From a bacterium (lineage in GTDB: Bacteria; Patescibacteriota; Minisyncoccia; Phycocordibacterales; Phycocordibacteraceae), in the NCBI GenBank assembly GCA_023269085.1, contig JAHFML010000002.1, positions 65,266 to 129,265 on the forward strand: a DNA stretch of 64,000 nucleotides, read 5' to 3'. The notes beneath the pieces were generated by a model. The model did no database searches. It saw nothing but the letters and a program-made list of their open reading frames with translations, and was not told the origin of the DNA. Position 1 is the first letter of the stretch; each line of letters starts with the position of its first letter. Below are positions 16,972 through 27,452 of this stretch, piece after piece. The position numbers were made by a program, and so were the translations under genes.

Positions 16972-18437
16972 ACGGTGGCAAGCGCGAAGGCGACGATCTC
17001 GTCAGCGTAGACGAGCGGCTCGCGGGTCTCGACCTCGATGCCGAAGTCGCCCTCGACCTTTATTTCGCTCACGTCGGCGCGCGCCTGCTGGAGATTGCCG
17101 ATGCTCCCGCGCGCGACCTCGGTGTCGCCGCGCATAATCTTGACGCGGGCGCCTCTCGCGAGCACGCCCGAGATATGGCGCGCGCCGACGACCTGCTTCT
17201 TTGCGGCCGAAGAGAATGGCTTCAAGACCTTCGCTCGCCCTTGCTCCTGCTCGACTTCGATAGAAGGTACGCGCGCTTTGAGTAGTTTCGTCACCTGCTC
17301 GGAGAGTTCATAGATAATCGAGAAGGAGAGGACAGTCACCGCATCGCGCTCGGAGAGCTCGCGGGCTATCGCGTCGGTGCCGGTGTTGAAGGCGATAATC
17401 GTCGCGCCCGAGGCATGGGCAATCTTCACATCATTTTCTGAGACACTCCCGACGCTCGAGGCGACGATGCGGATCGCGGCGCGGTCGACATGGATCTTCG
17501 CAATCTCGTGAACAATCGCGTCGATCGAGCCGGCGACATCGGTCTTCACGACGAGAGGGAGCTCGGTTATTCCCTCGGCGGCCCGTTCGTGTTCAGGAGT
17601 GACGGCTGTTGCGGTTGCGTTGGCTGCGGCTCGCGCTTCAGCCTCTTTTTTATTCTTCGCGATAGTGAAGAGGGAACCGGCGGTCGGCAATTTATTAAAG
17701 CCTGAGATGCGCGCGGGCTCTGAAGGGCCGACGGTCTCGACCCGGGCGCCCGTGAAGTCCTCAATGAAGCGGATCGGCGCGAAGGCGTCGCCCGCGACCA
17801 CGAAGCCGTCTTTGGTCAGGGTGCCGTCCTTGACGATGAGGGTGGCCGAGGCACCGCGCTTCGGGTCTTGCGTCGCTTCGAGGACGAACCCTTCGGCTGA
17901 AGCATCAGGATCAGCGGTGAGCTCGGCGAGATCGGCCGAGAGCAAGACGAGGTCGAGCAAGTCGGGGATGCCCGCGCCGCTCTTCGATGAGATAGGCGAG
18001 TAGGCGATATCGCCGCCGAGCCCTTCGAGGTAGATCTCGTGCTCGACGAGCGAGAGCTTGGTGCGTTCGATATCGGCGTTGTTCTTGTCGATCTTGGTAA
18101 TCGCGACCACGAAGGGGATGCCCGCTTCGCGAATGGCGGCGAGCGCGTCGAGGGTCTGCGGCATGACGCCCTCATCGGCTGCGACGACGAGGATGGCGAT
18201 ATCGGCCGCCGCCGCACCGCGCGCGCGGAGCGCCTTGAAGGCTTCGTGCCCGGGCGTATCGAGGAAGGTGACCGGCCTATCGGCATGATGCGCGATATAG
18301 GCGGCGACATGCTGGGTGATGCCGCCCGCTTCGCCTGCGACGATATTGGCCTTCCGGATGTAGTCCAGGAGGGAGGATTTACCGTGATCGATGTGGCCCA
18401 TCACCGCGATGACGGGCGGTCGTGCTACTCGTGCCAT
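16968..18437 (-). CDS. infB: Translation initiation factor IF-2 (lacks the N-terminal domain)
   Basis: [38 protein letters not shown]. Confidence 0.95.
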   Translation of the reverse strand: MARVARPPVIAVMGHIDHGKSSLLDYIRKANIVAGEAGGITQHVAAYIAHHADRPVTFLDTPGHEAFKALRARGAAAADIAILVVAADEGVMPQTLDALAAIREAGIPFVVAITKIDKNNADIERTKLSLVEHEIYLEGLGGDIAYSPISSKSGAGIPDLLDLVLLSADLAELTADPDASAEGFVLEATQDPKRGASATLIVKDGTLTKDGFVVAGDAFAPIRFIEDFTGARVETVGPSEPARISGFNKLPTAGSLFTIAKNKKEAEARAAANATATAVTPEHERAAEGITELPLVVKTDVAGSIDAIVHEIAKIHVDRAAIRIVASSVGSVSENDVKIAHASGATIIAFNTGTDAIARELSERDAVTVLSFSIIYELSEQVTKLLKARVPSIEVEQEQGRAKVLKPFSSAAKKQVVGARHISGVLARGARVKIMRGDTEVARGSIGNLQQARADVSEIKVEGDFGIEVETREPLVYADEIVAFALATV

Positions 18438-18516
18438 AATGCTCCCATTTCATCACAAAAATTGGAAAATTACAATCGGCACGCTCGATGAGCGATGAGT
18501 CGTGTAGAATAGGGAG

Positions 18517-19680
18517 ATGCCATGGCACAAGAAGCGCGTGTATCTCGATGTCGCCGCTGGGGTGGTGGGGAATTCGTCGTCGCCGCACGAGGAGGGCCGA
18601 GCCACGAAGGCAGTGCTTGAAGAGGCGCGACGTGATATCGCACGTCTCGTCGAGGTGCAGGCCGATGATGTCATCTTCACGAGTGGCGCGACGGAGAGTA
18701 ATGCAATCGCTATTCTCGGGATCCCGCGCGCGCTTCGCGCGCGCGGGGCGAGCAACATACACGCGCTCTACCTCTCGACCGCGCACGCCTCGATTGTCGA
18801 GAATATGAAAGTGCTCGAGAGTGAGGGTGTCGCTATTGAGGCGTTGCCTATTCGCGAGTCTCGCGTCGACACCGAGGCGCTTCGTGCGATGCTACGACCC
18901 GAGACGGTGCTGGTCGCGATGGAAGCCGTCTGCGGCGAGACGGGCGTGGTATGGAATACGCGTGCGGTTGCCGAGGTTCTTCAAAAGTACAAAATTGGAC
19001 ATGATATGTCCGATTTGGGTGGACACCTAGTGTCCACCCGTCTGCGGGTGTTTTTGCATGTCGACGCGAGTCAGGCGTCATTGACCGAGAAGATTTCGCG
19101 CGAGCACTTCGGCGCGGACACGCTCACGCTCGACGGCGCGAAGGTCGGGCCGCGTGGTATCGGCCTACTCGTCGCGCATCGGACGATACCGATGGCGCCA
19201 CTCTACGCGGGTGGCGGGCAGGAGCGGGGAGTGCGGCCGGGGAGCGAGGCGCCGGAGCTCGCGCGGGAGTTCGCGGCGGCGCTTCACGCCGCCACAGATG
19301 GTGCTCCTGCATTTCGCGCCGCCGCAGAGCGGCGGCGCGTCGAGCTTGTGACGAATCTCACCGCTATTCCAGGTTTGGTTATCAATGAGGGCCGTACGCA
19401 AGCGCCGAACATCCTCAACCTCTCGCTCCTCGGCCGCGATACGGATTATCTCGTCGCGCTTCTCGACGAGGCCGGCTTCGCGCTCGCGACGCGGAGCGCC
19501 TGTGAGACCGACAGCATGACCGGCTCGCGCGCGGTTGAGGCGCTCATGGGCGACGCCGCGCGCGCTCGCGCGACCCTACGCGTCTCGTGGGGGAGCGCGA
19601 CGCGTCCGCGCGACCTCACGGATTTTGCAAAGGCACTTTCGCGTGCGGTCGCATTCATTGACAGCGCCAACAAGAGGTAG
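18517..19680 (+). CDS. iscS: Cysteine desulfurase (IscS/NifS class V aminotransferase)
   Basis: VYLD, FTSGATESN, HVDASQ, GGGQE.G.RPG, RSACE; carries a 16-codon palindrome insertion. Confidence 0.85.
   Translation: MPWHKKRVYLDVAAGVVGNSSSPHEEGRATKAVLEEARRDIARLVEVQADDVIFTSGATESNAIAILGIPRALRARGASNIHALYLSTAHASIVENMKVLESEGVAIEALPIRESRVDTEALRAMLRPETVLVAMEAVCGETGVVWNTRAVAEVLQKYKIGHDMSDLGGHLVSTRLRVFLHVDASQASLTEKISREHFGADTLTLDGAKVGPRGIGLLVAHRTIPMAPLYAGGGQERGVRPGSEAPELAREFAAALHAATDGAPAFRAAAERRRVELVTNLTAIPGLVINEGRTQAPNILNLSLLGRDTDYLVALLDEAGFALATRSACETDSMTGSRAVEALMGDAARARATLRVSWGSATRPRDLTDFAKALSRAVAFIDSANKR
18992..19039. repeat. Tandem family-D plus family-C palindromes, in frame in iscS
   Basis: AAATTGGACAT-GAT-ATGTCCGATTT then GGGTGGACAC-CTA-GTGTCCACCC; 48 nt, read as KIGHDMSDLGGHLVSTR. 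Confidence 0.9.
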
Positions 19681-19693
19681 CATTATACTAGAT

Positions 19694-20464
19694 ATGAATA
19701 TCGAAGAACTCTCAAAATCTCAGCTCATACTTCTCACCATCCTCGTGAACTTCGTCACGAGTGTTGCGACGGGTATCCTCACGGTCTCGCTCCTCGACCA
19801 TGCGCCGGCTCTGGTGACGCAGACGGTGAATAGAGTCGTTGAGCACACGATAGAGACCGTCTCACAGGTCGCACCGACGATCATCTCGTCGCCGGCACCA
19901 TCCAACCAAGATCTTGTGACCGCCGCGCTTGGTGTCGACGCGACACGGGTGGTCGCTATCTATTCTGCGACGGCGGGCACATCGACTCCGGCGATTGCCG
20001 TGGGCACCTTCATCCCGAAGTCGCGCATCGTCGTGACGGCCGCACAAGACGATCTCCCGAAGGAGGCGCATATCAAGTTCACGAGCGGCGTCACGCTCGC
20101 TGCCTCACTCTCGCGTCTCGGCAAAGGCATCGCCATCTACGGATTCTCGAATAATGCCAACCTGCCCAAAATGACCTCACCAGCTTTGGTCGCGTCAAGC
20201 GACTTGAAGCTCGGTCAGACTGCGCTCGCCATTGGCGCTGATGGTTCGGCCTCGACCGGCATCGTCTCGCGCACGAGCGAGAAGAGCGTCTCCACGACAC
20301 TTCCGAATGTCGGCGCGGGGAGCGCCGCCGTCGACCTCTCCGGTAATCTGATCGGCATCGCCGCCGGAGGCGAGACATCGGGACTCCTCATCAGCACCAA
20401 CATCATCACGGCGCTACTCACCGCGACTTCGACCGCGACCTCGACCGCCGCGAAGGCACCATAA
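19694..20464 (+). CDS. Membrane-anchored degenerate trypsin-like (S1C) protease-fold protein
   Basis: N-terminal TM; [27 protein letters not shown]; catalytic triad not evident. Confidence 0.55.
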   Translation: MNIEELSKSQLILLTILVNFVTSVATGILTVSLLDHAPALVTQTVNRVVEHTIETVSQVAPTIISSPAPSNQDLVTAALGVDATRVVAIYSATAGTSTPAIAVGTFIPKSRIVVTAAQDDLPKEAHIKFTSGVTLAASLSRLGKGIAIYGFSNNANLPKMTSPALVASSDLKLGQTALAIGADGSASTGIVSRTSEKSVSTTLPNVGAGSAAVDLSGNLIGIAAGGETSGLLISTNIITALLTATSTATSTAAKAP

Positions 20465-20468
20465 CGCT

Positions 20469-23168
20469 ATGCCTCCCTTCAACCACTTCACGACGAAAGC
20501 GAAGGAGGCGGTGCGCCGCGCGCACGAGCTCGCTATCGAGCGCGGACAGAACCATGTTTCGCCGCTCCACATGCTCGCCGCGCTCGTCTTGCAGGAGGAG
20601 TCGCTCGTCTTCTCGATGCTCGATCGCATGGAGATTGACACGACCTTGCTCGCCGATGCGGTCATCGAGCACCTCGAGACGCCCGAGAACTCCTCGGTGC
20701 TCTCGCCCTCCTACCAGATCTACCTCACGCCCGAGCTGACCCAAGCGCTCGAAGCGTCGGGTAAGATCGCCGCGCGCTTGAATGACACCTTCGTCGGGAC
20801 AGAGCACCTCTTCCTCGCGGTGCTCGAACATCCGGGACCGACGAGCGACATCTTCACGCAGTTCGCTATTCGCGAGGACACGGCGCTCGCGGTCTTGAAG
20901 GAGCTCAAGAATTCTAAAGACGGCGGGCGCGACGCCGAGCCGAAACGTTTCCGCGCGCTCGCGAAGTATGCGCGTAATCTCACCAAGCAGGCGGCCGAGA
21001 ACAAGCTCGATCCCGTCATCGGTCGTGATACGGAGATCAATCGCATTATTCAGATCCTCTCGCGCCGCACCAAGAACAACCCGATCCTCATCGGCGAAGC
21101 GGGCGTGGGCAAGACTGCCATTGCCGAAGGTCTCGCGCTCCGCATGGCGCAGGGCGACATGCCCGAGTCCTTGCGCGGCAAGGAGCTCCTCTCGCTCGAT
21201 CTCGGCCTCATGATCGCGGGGACGAAGTATCGCGGCGAGTTCGAAGAGCGCATGAAGAACGTGATGAAGGAAGTCGAGCGATCCGAGGGCAAGGTTATTC
21301 TCTTCGTCGACGAGCTCCACACGCTCGTGGGCGCTGGGAGCGCCGAGGGCTCGCTTGATGCGTCGAATATGCTGAAGCCCGCGCTCTCTCGCGGCGAGAT
21401 CCGCGTCATCGGCGCAACGACGACGAAGGAGTATCAGAAATATATCGAGAAGGACGCCGCACTCACGCGCCGCTTCCAGTCTGTTTTCGTACAAGAGCCG
21501 TCGATTGAAGATGGTATCGCTATCTTGCGCGGCCTGCGCGACAAGTATGAGCTCTTCCACGGGGTGCGGGTGACCGACGACGCTATTGTTGCGGCGGTTG
21601 AGCTATCATCGCGCTACATCAGCGATCGTTTCTTGCCCGACAAAGCGATCGATCTCATCGACGAAGCGGCGTCGGGCCTGCGTATCGCACTCGAGAACAA
21701 GCCGCCCTTGCTCGAAGAGACTGATCGGAAGGTTCGTCGGCTTGAGATCGAGCGCCAAGCATTGCAAAAAGACTTGGAAGGTGATCATGCCAAAGAGATT
21801 AAAGAACGCATCGCGATCATCGAGGCGAGCATCGCCGATTTGAAGGAGAAGACGCGCGAGCTCGAGCTCAAGTGGACGAACGAGAAGGAAGTCTTGCAGG
21901 GCATCCGCGCCGCGAAGACCGAGCTTGAGAAATTGAAGATCCAAGCTGACGCCGCTGAAGCCGCCGCTGACCTCGGCACCGTCGCCGAGATCCGCTATGG
22001 CAAGATCCCGCATATACAGAAGGATCTTGAGATAAAGCTCAAGCGCTTGAAGACGCTTCAGAAGTCGCGCCGCGTCTTGAACGAGGAGGTCACCGAGCAG
22101 GACATTGCGGCAGTCGTCTCGCGCTGGACCGGCATACCAGTCGCCCGGATGCTTGAAGAGGAGGCGGCGAAGCTCACCCGCATGGAGGAGGCTTTGAAGG
22201 GGAGCATCATCGGCCAAGACGTCGCGGTGAAGAAGGTGACCGATGCCGTGAAGCGATCGCGCGTTGGCATCAGCGACCCGAACCGCCCTATCGGCTCGTT
22301 CCTCTTCCTCGGGCCCACCGGCGTCGGCAAGACCGAACTCAGCAAGAAGCTCGCGGAGTTTATGTTCAACGATACTGAAGCGCTCGTCCGCATCGACATG
22401 AGCGAATTTATGGAGAAGCACTCGGTCGCGAAGCTTATCGGTGCGCCGCCGGGCTATGTCGGCTATGAGGAGGCGGGTACCTTGACCGAGCGCATCCGTC
22501 ATCGCCCGTATGCGGTGGTGCTCTTCGACGAGATAGAGAAGGCGCATCCGGAAGTCTTCAACATTCTGCTCCAAGTGCTCGACTCAGGGCACCTGACCGA
22601 CGGCAAAGGGCGCAAGGTCAACTTCAAGAACACTATTGTGGTGCTCACGAGCAACATCGGCGGCGAATTCATCGATAAGCTCGCGCATATCGGCTTCGGC
22701 ACCGCTCTCGCGACCGAGACGACTCGCTTTGAAGACACGAAGGAGAAGGTGATGGACGCGCTCCGCGAACACTTCCGGCCCGAGTTCCTCAATCGTCTCG
22801 ATGACATCATCATCTTCGACCCGCTCGCGAAGGAGGCGCTCGCGCGCATCGTCGACACGCAGGTCGCTGAGGTGGTCGCGCGTCTCGCGCACAAGCGGCT
22901 CGCGCTCACGATAGCGCCCGAGGTCCACGCGTGGCTCGCCGAGAAGGGCTACAATCCCGAGTACGGCGCACGGCCGCTCCGCCGCGCTATCCAAGACACT
23001 ATCCTCACGCCGCTCGCGACCTTGATGCTCGCACAGGGCATGCTCGAAGACGGCACCGTCTCGATCTCGATTAAAAATAATCAGCCGCACTTCGAGGTGA
23101 AGAAGAGCGCGCCGCGCACGCGCCGCGTAAGTGCGGTTCGCTCCGACCGAAGCGTCGGAGTTGCTTGA
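20469..23168 (+). CDS. clpB: ATP-dependent chaperone ClpB
   Basis: Clp N-domain, GEAGVGKT, long coiled-coil M domain, [26 protein letters not shown]. Confidence 0.93.
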   Translation: MPPFNHFTTKAKEAVRRAHELAIERGQNHVSPLHMLAALVLQEESLVFSMLDRMEIDTTLLADAVIEHLETPENSSVLSPSYQIYLTPELTQALEASGKIAARLNDTFVGTEHLFLAVLEHPGPTSDIFTQFAIREDTALAVLKELKNSKDGGRDAEPKRFRALAKYARNLTKQAAENKLDPVIGRDTEINRIIQILSRRTKNNPILIGEAGVGKTAIAEGLALRMAQGDMPESLRGKELLSLDLGLMIAGTKYRGEFEERMKNVMKEVERSEGKVILFVDELHTLVGAGSAEGSLDASNMLKPALSRGEIRVIGATTTKEYQKYIEKDAALTRRFQSVFVQEPSIEDGIAILRGLRDKYELFHGVRVTDDAIVAAVELSSRYISDRFLPDKAIDLIDEAASGLRIALENKPPLLEETDRKVRRLEIERQALQKDLEGDHAKEIKERIAIIEASIADLKEKTRELELKWTNEKEVLQGIRAAKTELEKLKIQADAAEAAADLGTVAEIRYGKIPHIQKDLEIKLKRLKTLQKSRRVLNEEVTEQDIAAVVSRWTGIPVARMLEEEAAKLTRMEEALKGSIIGQDVAVKKVTDAVKRSRVGISDPNRPIGSFLFLGPTGVGKTELSKKLAEFMFNDTEALVRIDMSEFMEKHSVAKLIGAPPGYVGYEEAGTLTERIRHRPYAVVLFDEIEKAHPEVFNILLQVLDSGHLTDGKGRKVNFKNTIVVLTSNIGGEFIDKLAHIGFGTALATETTRFEDTKEKVMDALREHFRPEFLNRLDDIIIFDPLAKEALARIVDTQVAEVVARLAHKRLALTIAPEVHAWLAEKGYNPEYGARPLRRAIQDTILTPLATLMLAQGMLEDGTVSISIKNNQPHFEVKKSAPRTRRVSAVRSDRSVGVA

Positions 23169-23195
23169 GTACCGCGGGTCTGCTATATTTCTCGC

Positions 23196-23351
23196 ATGTC
23201 CCAAATTCGCCTTATCAAGCTCAAGTCGACGAAGTCGCCGCATGTCATCTGGACGCGCAAGAACAAGAAGACTGTCGAGCGCAAGATCGAGCTCACGAAG
23301 TTCGACCCGACGCTCCGCAAGCGCGTCACCTTCAAAGAGGCGAAGAAATAA
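23196..23351 (+). CDS. rpmG: 50S ribosomal protein L33 (Cys-free, Zn-independent type)
   Basis: Manual translation MSQIRLIKLKSTKSPHVIWTRKNKKTVERKIELTKFDPTLRKRVTFKEAKK; too short for the ORF track. Confidence 0.9.
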   Translation: MSQIRLIKLKSTKSPHVIWTRKNKKTVERKIELTKFDPTLRKRVTFKEAKK

Positions 23352-23457
23352 TTTTTTGTGCTATTCTCAGCACAAGGGCCTATATCGAAACGCCGATATA
23401 TGCCCTCATTCGGCGAACAAGAATAATTGCAGACAATCATTCTTGTTGCCTCATTTC

Positions 23458-23528
23458 GGGCCTATAGTTTAGGGGTAGAACGGCGGTCTCCAAAACCGCT
23501 AGCCCAGGTTCGATTCCTGGTGGGCCCG
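23458..23528 (+). tRNA. tRNA-Trp(CCA)
   Basis: GGGCCTA/TGGGCCC; GCGGT-CTCCAAA-ACCGC; CCAGG-TTCGATT-CCTGG. Confidence 0.92.
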
Positions 23529-23598
23529 CTAAAAAATTTGGGAAAAGAAGATTGGGGAAAAGCACGCGGCGCAGAGCGGCGCACGGTATACTGTTGCT

Positions 23599-24630
23599 AT
23601 GCATCGTCGTCTAGCTCTTCTCGCGCTCCTGCTTCTTGTGGGCTCTTTTGCTTTGCCGCACCTCGTGTACGCGGAAACGATACCGTTCTTCGGGCCAATT
23701 ATTCCCGATGCAAACAACCAATGCGCCGCCGGCTGGGGTATGCTTATCGTCGTCATAAACAACATTATCGAATTTGGGCTCACGATATTCATTATCTTCG
23801 TCATGCCGATTATGATTGCGTATTCCGGTTTTCTTTTCGTATGGAATCCGGTCAACTCGGGCGGGATCGCACAGGCGAAGAGCATCCTCACGAACTCTAT
23901 CGTCGGCCTCGTCATCGCGCTCGCGGCGTGGATGGTCGTCGACGCAGTCATGGCGGCACTCTACAACCCGAACGCGACGAGTACGACCAAAAATTGGGTC
24001 GACCTCATCACGCTCGGCGGCGCGCCGGACTGCATTATCCAGACTAGTGCACTCAATTCACTCGATCAGTCGAATCTGCAAGGAGGATCTGAAGTGACGG
24101 GCGTGAGTGCCGATGGCGGGAAGTTCCTCACCCTCCCGACGAACGGCGCGTGCACGGCTGATAATCTCAAGACTGCGGCACAGCAGGCGAACGTCTCTCT
24201 GACCCAAGCGCAGGCCGAAACGCTCTCCTGTCTCGCCGTGGCCGAGAGCACGTGCGGCACCAACACGAGTGTCGCAAGGCAGGCTAACGGCAAGCCAACA
24301 ACGGCAAATGGCATGTTCCAGATTATTCTCGGTCTTAATGACACCTGTCATAATCTAAACATTCCCGCATGCACGGCCGCGGCGCAAGCGGCGGGATACA
24401 AAAGCATAACCGGCAATCTCAACTGCTCGACAGCGTTCAGCGATGGTCTACCAAAAGCGAACATGCCGAATCTCGCCGCGGCATGCAAAGTGGCAGCAGC
24501 AGATCTCCCCTGCAATACTGCCGCCGCCGCATGTCTCATAAAAACAGGCGGTGGCAGTTATGGTGCGTGGACAGCCGATCCGCGAAGTGCAACACAGAAA
24601 AACTGCGTCACACGATATGCCGGAAAATAA
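23599..24630 (+). CDS. CPR pilin domain fused to a Cys-rich lysozyme-like/SLT domain
   Basis: Signal peptide plus pilin (YSGF.F....AK.IL.N.IVG...AW..V); C-terminal CLAVAES...GMFQI...YGAW. Confidence 0.6.
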   Translation: MHRRLALLALLLLVGSFALPHLVYAETIPFFGPIIPDANNQCAAGWGMLIVVINNIIEFGLTIFIIFVMPIMIAYSGFLFVWNPVNSGGIAQAKSILTNSIVGLVIALAAWMVVDAVMAALYNPNATSTTKNWVDLITLGGAPDCIIQTSALNSLDQSNLQGGSEVTGVSADGGKFLTLPTNGACTADNLKTAAQQANVSLTQAQAETLSCLAVAESTCGTNTSVARQANGKPTTANGMFQIILGLNDTCHNLNIPACTAAAQAAGYKSITGNLNCSTAFSDGLPKANMPNLAAACKVAAADLPCNTAAAACLIKTGGGSYGAWTADPRSATQKNCVTRYAGK

Positions 24631-25261
24631 ACGACTCAATCTGAAGGGCTATCTCGTCATCAGTGCGGTGATTGTTCTCACGGTTGGTGTTGGTGTCCTT
24701 GTCTTCGTTGGCGCGACGAGCAATACCTCAACGACAGTTCCCACCGCGACCGGATTGCCGGTGGCAGGGCAGACACAACCGACGACTTCAGGATCACATG
24801 CTCAATCGGTGGCTCAAGGCTCGTTCGCCCCTGCGGCGGGAGGACAGACACAATCGGTATTGACGCTCGTTTCGCGCGCTGGCGGCACGATTGTAACTAA
24901 AGATTTCTTGCACAATGGCGAGACGGTTGCGGACGTGGTAAATCCAGGAACGTATGTGCTCGCGGGGAGTCTCGGCTATTGCACCGCGAGCGGTGTGTGC
25001 GGCGCGAATGCGTCAACGACTGATTTTTCGATTTCCTATGCGACGAGTACGCAATTCTTCAACATTATCCTTCTCGCCGAGCCGGTCGGCCTTGTGCGTT
25101 CCGCCGCCGAACGTTTTTTCCTTGCGCGTCTCGGCATTGGCGAACAAGCCGCTTGTGCGCTGAACTATTTTGTCGGTACACCCTACTGGGTCAACGAGTC
25201 GTACGATAACAAAAACCTCGGCTTCAGCTTCTGCCACGGTGCGACGGCTCTGCCGAAATAA
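24617..25261 (+). CDS. Hypothetical membrane-anchored exported protein
   Basis: TM plus Thr/Pro linker and Cys-containing domain; coupled to the upstream gene. Confidence 0.65.
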   Translation: MPENKRLNLKGYLVISAVIVLTVGVGVLVFVGATSNTSTTVPTATGLPVAGQTQPTTSGSHAQSVAQGSFAPAAGGQTQSVLTLVSRAGGTIVTKDFLHNGETVADVVNPGTYVLAGSLGYCTASGVCGANASTTDFSISYATSTQFFNIILLAEPVGLVRSAAERFFLARLGIGEQAACALNYFVGTPYWVNESYDNKNLGFSFCHGATALPK

Positions 25262-26186
25262 ACTTGGACATCGGATGTCCAAGTTTGCGCAACCACGCCT
25301 TCTGGCGGCGAGCGTAGTGCCAGAGTCGGGCCGAGAGAATTGGGAGAAGGGAAGCTTCGTCGCGCTCATTGCGGAGGTACCCGCCAATGATGCGATACTC
25401 GAGCCCGAGCTCGGCGAGCCGCGCGTCGCCGACCTGCTCGCGGACGCGAGCGACCTCGTCGATAAGGCCGCGATCGAGCGCGCTCGCGAGCCGTGCGTCG
25501 ATGCGCGCGCGGAGCTCTTCTCGCGGCGGATCAATCACGATCCACTTCGAGCGATAGCGAGATCCCGAGTCTGTCGAGGGACGATTGCGGCGCGGGACAG
25601 AGCCAAGCGCGTCGATTATCTCGAGAGCGCGGATGAGTCGACGACGGTTGAGCGGGTCGAGCTCGGCGGCGCGACGTGCGTCGGCACGCTGCACCCGCGC
25701 ATACAGCTCTTCGGTCGGGAGCTGTTCGAGCTCGGCGCGAAGGCTCGGATTCGCGTCGACGCTGGCGGGGAGCCCGTGCAGAAGCGCATCAAAATAAAAA
25801 TGCGTCCCGCCCGCGAGGATCGGCAATTTGCCGCGGCTCGTTATCTCTTTGATAAGTCGCGTCGCGTCCTGCACGAAGTCGCCCGCAGAATAGGCATCGC
25901 TCGCGTCACGAATGTCGATAAGGTGGTGTTGCACCCCCTGCATCTCTTCGAGCGTAATCTTCTCGGTGCCGATATCGAGGCCGCGATATACCTGCCGCGA
26001 GTCGACCGAGATTATCTCGCCACCTCGCGCGAGCGCCTCCTGCACCGCGCGCGATGACTTGCCTGAAGCGGTCGGGCCCGCTATGCAGAGGATCCGTTCG
26101 CCAGCAGACTGGCTCAGGACGTCGCTTCGCTCCGTTTGTGCTGTCATTGGGGGCGATGGTATCATATATTGCATACGATTACTCAT
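25224..26186 (-). CDS. miaA: tRNA dimethylallyltransferase
   Basis: GPTASGKS, DSRQVYRGLDIGT.K, HHLID, GGT, YARRQ.W; start uncertain. Confidence 0.95.
   Translation of the reverse strand: MSNRMQYMIPSPPMTAQTERSDVLSQSAGERILCIAGPTASGKSSRAVQEALARGGEIISVDSRQVYRGLDIGTEKITLEEMQGVQHHLIDIRDASDAYSAGDFVQDATRLIKEITSRGKLPILAGGTHFYFDALLHGLPASVDANPSLRAELEQLPTEELYARVQRADARRAAELDPLNRRRLIRALEIIDALGSVPRRNRPSTDSGSRYRSKWIVIDPPREELRARIDARLASALDRGLIDEVARVREQVGDARLAELGLEYRIIGGYLRNERDEASLLPILSARLWHYARRQKAWLRKLGHPMSKFISAEPSHRGRS
25260..25286. repeat. Family-D palindrome in the miaA 3' end
   Basis: AAACTTGGACAT-CGG-ATGTCCAAGTTT (perfect 12-bp arms); read as KLGHPMSKF. Confidence 0.9.
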
Positions 26187-26200
26187 CTAACCCTATAACT

Positions 26201-26860
26201 ATGAAAGAAACAAAAAGCAACTACTGTGAATACTGCGGCGAATTCCACGACGCGGTGCACGACCACTTCTCGCTCGTGAAGGTCGGCGAGCCGGTGCCCG
26301 ACTTCGAGTTCGAAGTCTTCCATAACGACGCAGTCAAGACGATGAGCCTCTCACAGCTCCGCGGCAAGTGGGCGATACTCGTCTTCTATCCGGCGGACTT
26401 CACCTTCGTTTGCCCGACGGAGCTCGAGGAGCTCGCACGGCTCTATCCGAAGTTCCAGTCGCTAAACGCCGAGATTATCTCGGTCTCTTCAGACACCGTC
26501 TTCACGCACAAGGCGTGGCACGACACCTCGGTAGGTATCAAAGAGATTCAGTATCCGATGGCGGCTGACCCGTCGGGCAAAATGGCTGACGCCTTCGGCG
26601 TGCTTATCGAGGGCGACGGGCCCGAGCTCACGCCGAACGAAGGGCTCGCCCAGCGCGGCACCTTCATTATCGACCCGGCCGGCACGCTTCGCTCGATGGA
26701 GATTACTGACGGCTCGATAGGGCGCAAGGGCGCCGAGACGCTTCGCAAGCTCCAAGCCGCGCAGTTCGTCGATACACACAAAGGCCTCGTCTGTCCTGCT
26801 TCATGGGAGCCGGGCGACGACACTCTCGAGCCCGGCCTCGATCTGGTAGGGAAGTTGTAA
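26201..26860 (+). CDS. ahpC: 2-Cys peroxiredoxin
   Basis: FYPADFTFVCPTE, HKAW, RGTFIIDP, VCPASW. Confidence 0.93.
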   Translation: MKETKSNYCEYCGEFHDAVHDHFSLVKVGEPVPDFEFEVFHNDAVKTMSLSQLRGKWAILVFYPADFTFVCPTELEELARLYPKFQSLNAEIISVSSDTVFTHKAWHDTSVGIKEIQYPMAADPSGKMADAFGVLIEGDGPELTPNEGLAQRGTFIIDPAGTLRSMEITDGSIGRKGAETLRKLQAAQFVDTHKGLVCPASWEPGDDTLEPGLDLVGKL

Positions 26861-26883
26861 TTGAGAGGTAAATAAAAAGATTG

Positions 26884-26911
26884 AACGGCGCGACTGGGAA
26901 GTCGCGCCGTT
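26884..26911. terminator. Terminator hairpin between convergent genes
   Basis: AACGGCGCGACT-GGGA-AGTCGCGCCGTT. Confidence 0.65.
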
Positions 26912-26915
26912 GTCT

Positions 26916-27230
26916 TCAGTCGCAGGAGTATCCCTCTGGGGCATACACTTGCTCGCGGTCTGTTTCGCCGTTCGGGCCGCAAATCCATCCCCATGCAATG
27001 AACGAATGTTTGTCGGGATCTCTCCCATACCATCCTGCGGTGTGTCCAGTGGAACATCCGCACTCCATGTAGCTTAAATATCCACGGGGGTAGAATGTGA
27101 TATCGGTCCAGTTATTTCTCCAGGCAACAGTAACCGTTTGGGGCGCAGTTCGTAGGAAATGGGAAATTCGCTGAGTCAATTCCCATTTTTCATCAGTTTT
27201 CCTTTCGATAAGTTTCCATTTGTCGCACAT
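26916..27230 (-). CDS. Hypothetical protein (low GC, at the tRNA 3' end)
   Basis: AAGGA SD; 104 aa, Trp/Cys-rich. Confidence 0.5.
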   Translation of the reverse strand: MCDKWKLIERKTDEKWELTQRISHFLRTAPQTVTVAWRNNWTDITFYPRGYLSYMECGCSTGHTAGWYGRDPDKHSFIAWGWICGPNGETDREQVYAPEGYSCD

Positions 27231-27313
27231 GTCAATTCCTTCTGCCGGTTGTTATTCCAGAGATAACCTTACCTATGTTTAGACAGATTTGCAAATGACT
27301 TTTAAATTTCGAG

Positions 27314-27394
27314 TGCCGGGAGAGAGACTCGAACTCTCACGCCTTGCGACAATGGGTTTTGAATCCATCGCGTCTACCATTCCGCCATCCCGGC
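27314..27394 (-). tRNA. tRNA-Leu(CAA)
   Basis: GCCGGGA/TCCCGGC; loop TTCAAAA; GAGAG-TTCGAGT-CTCTC. Confidence 0.9.
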
Positions 27395-27452
27395 AAGTTG
27401 CGCACACGCCTCCGCACTGGTATGCACGATACCATATGCTACACTATTTTTC

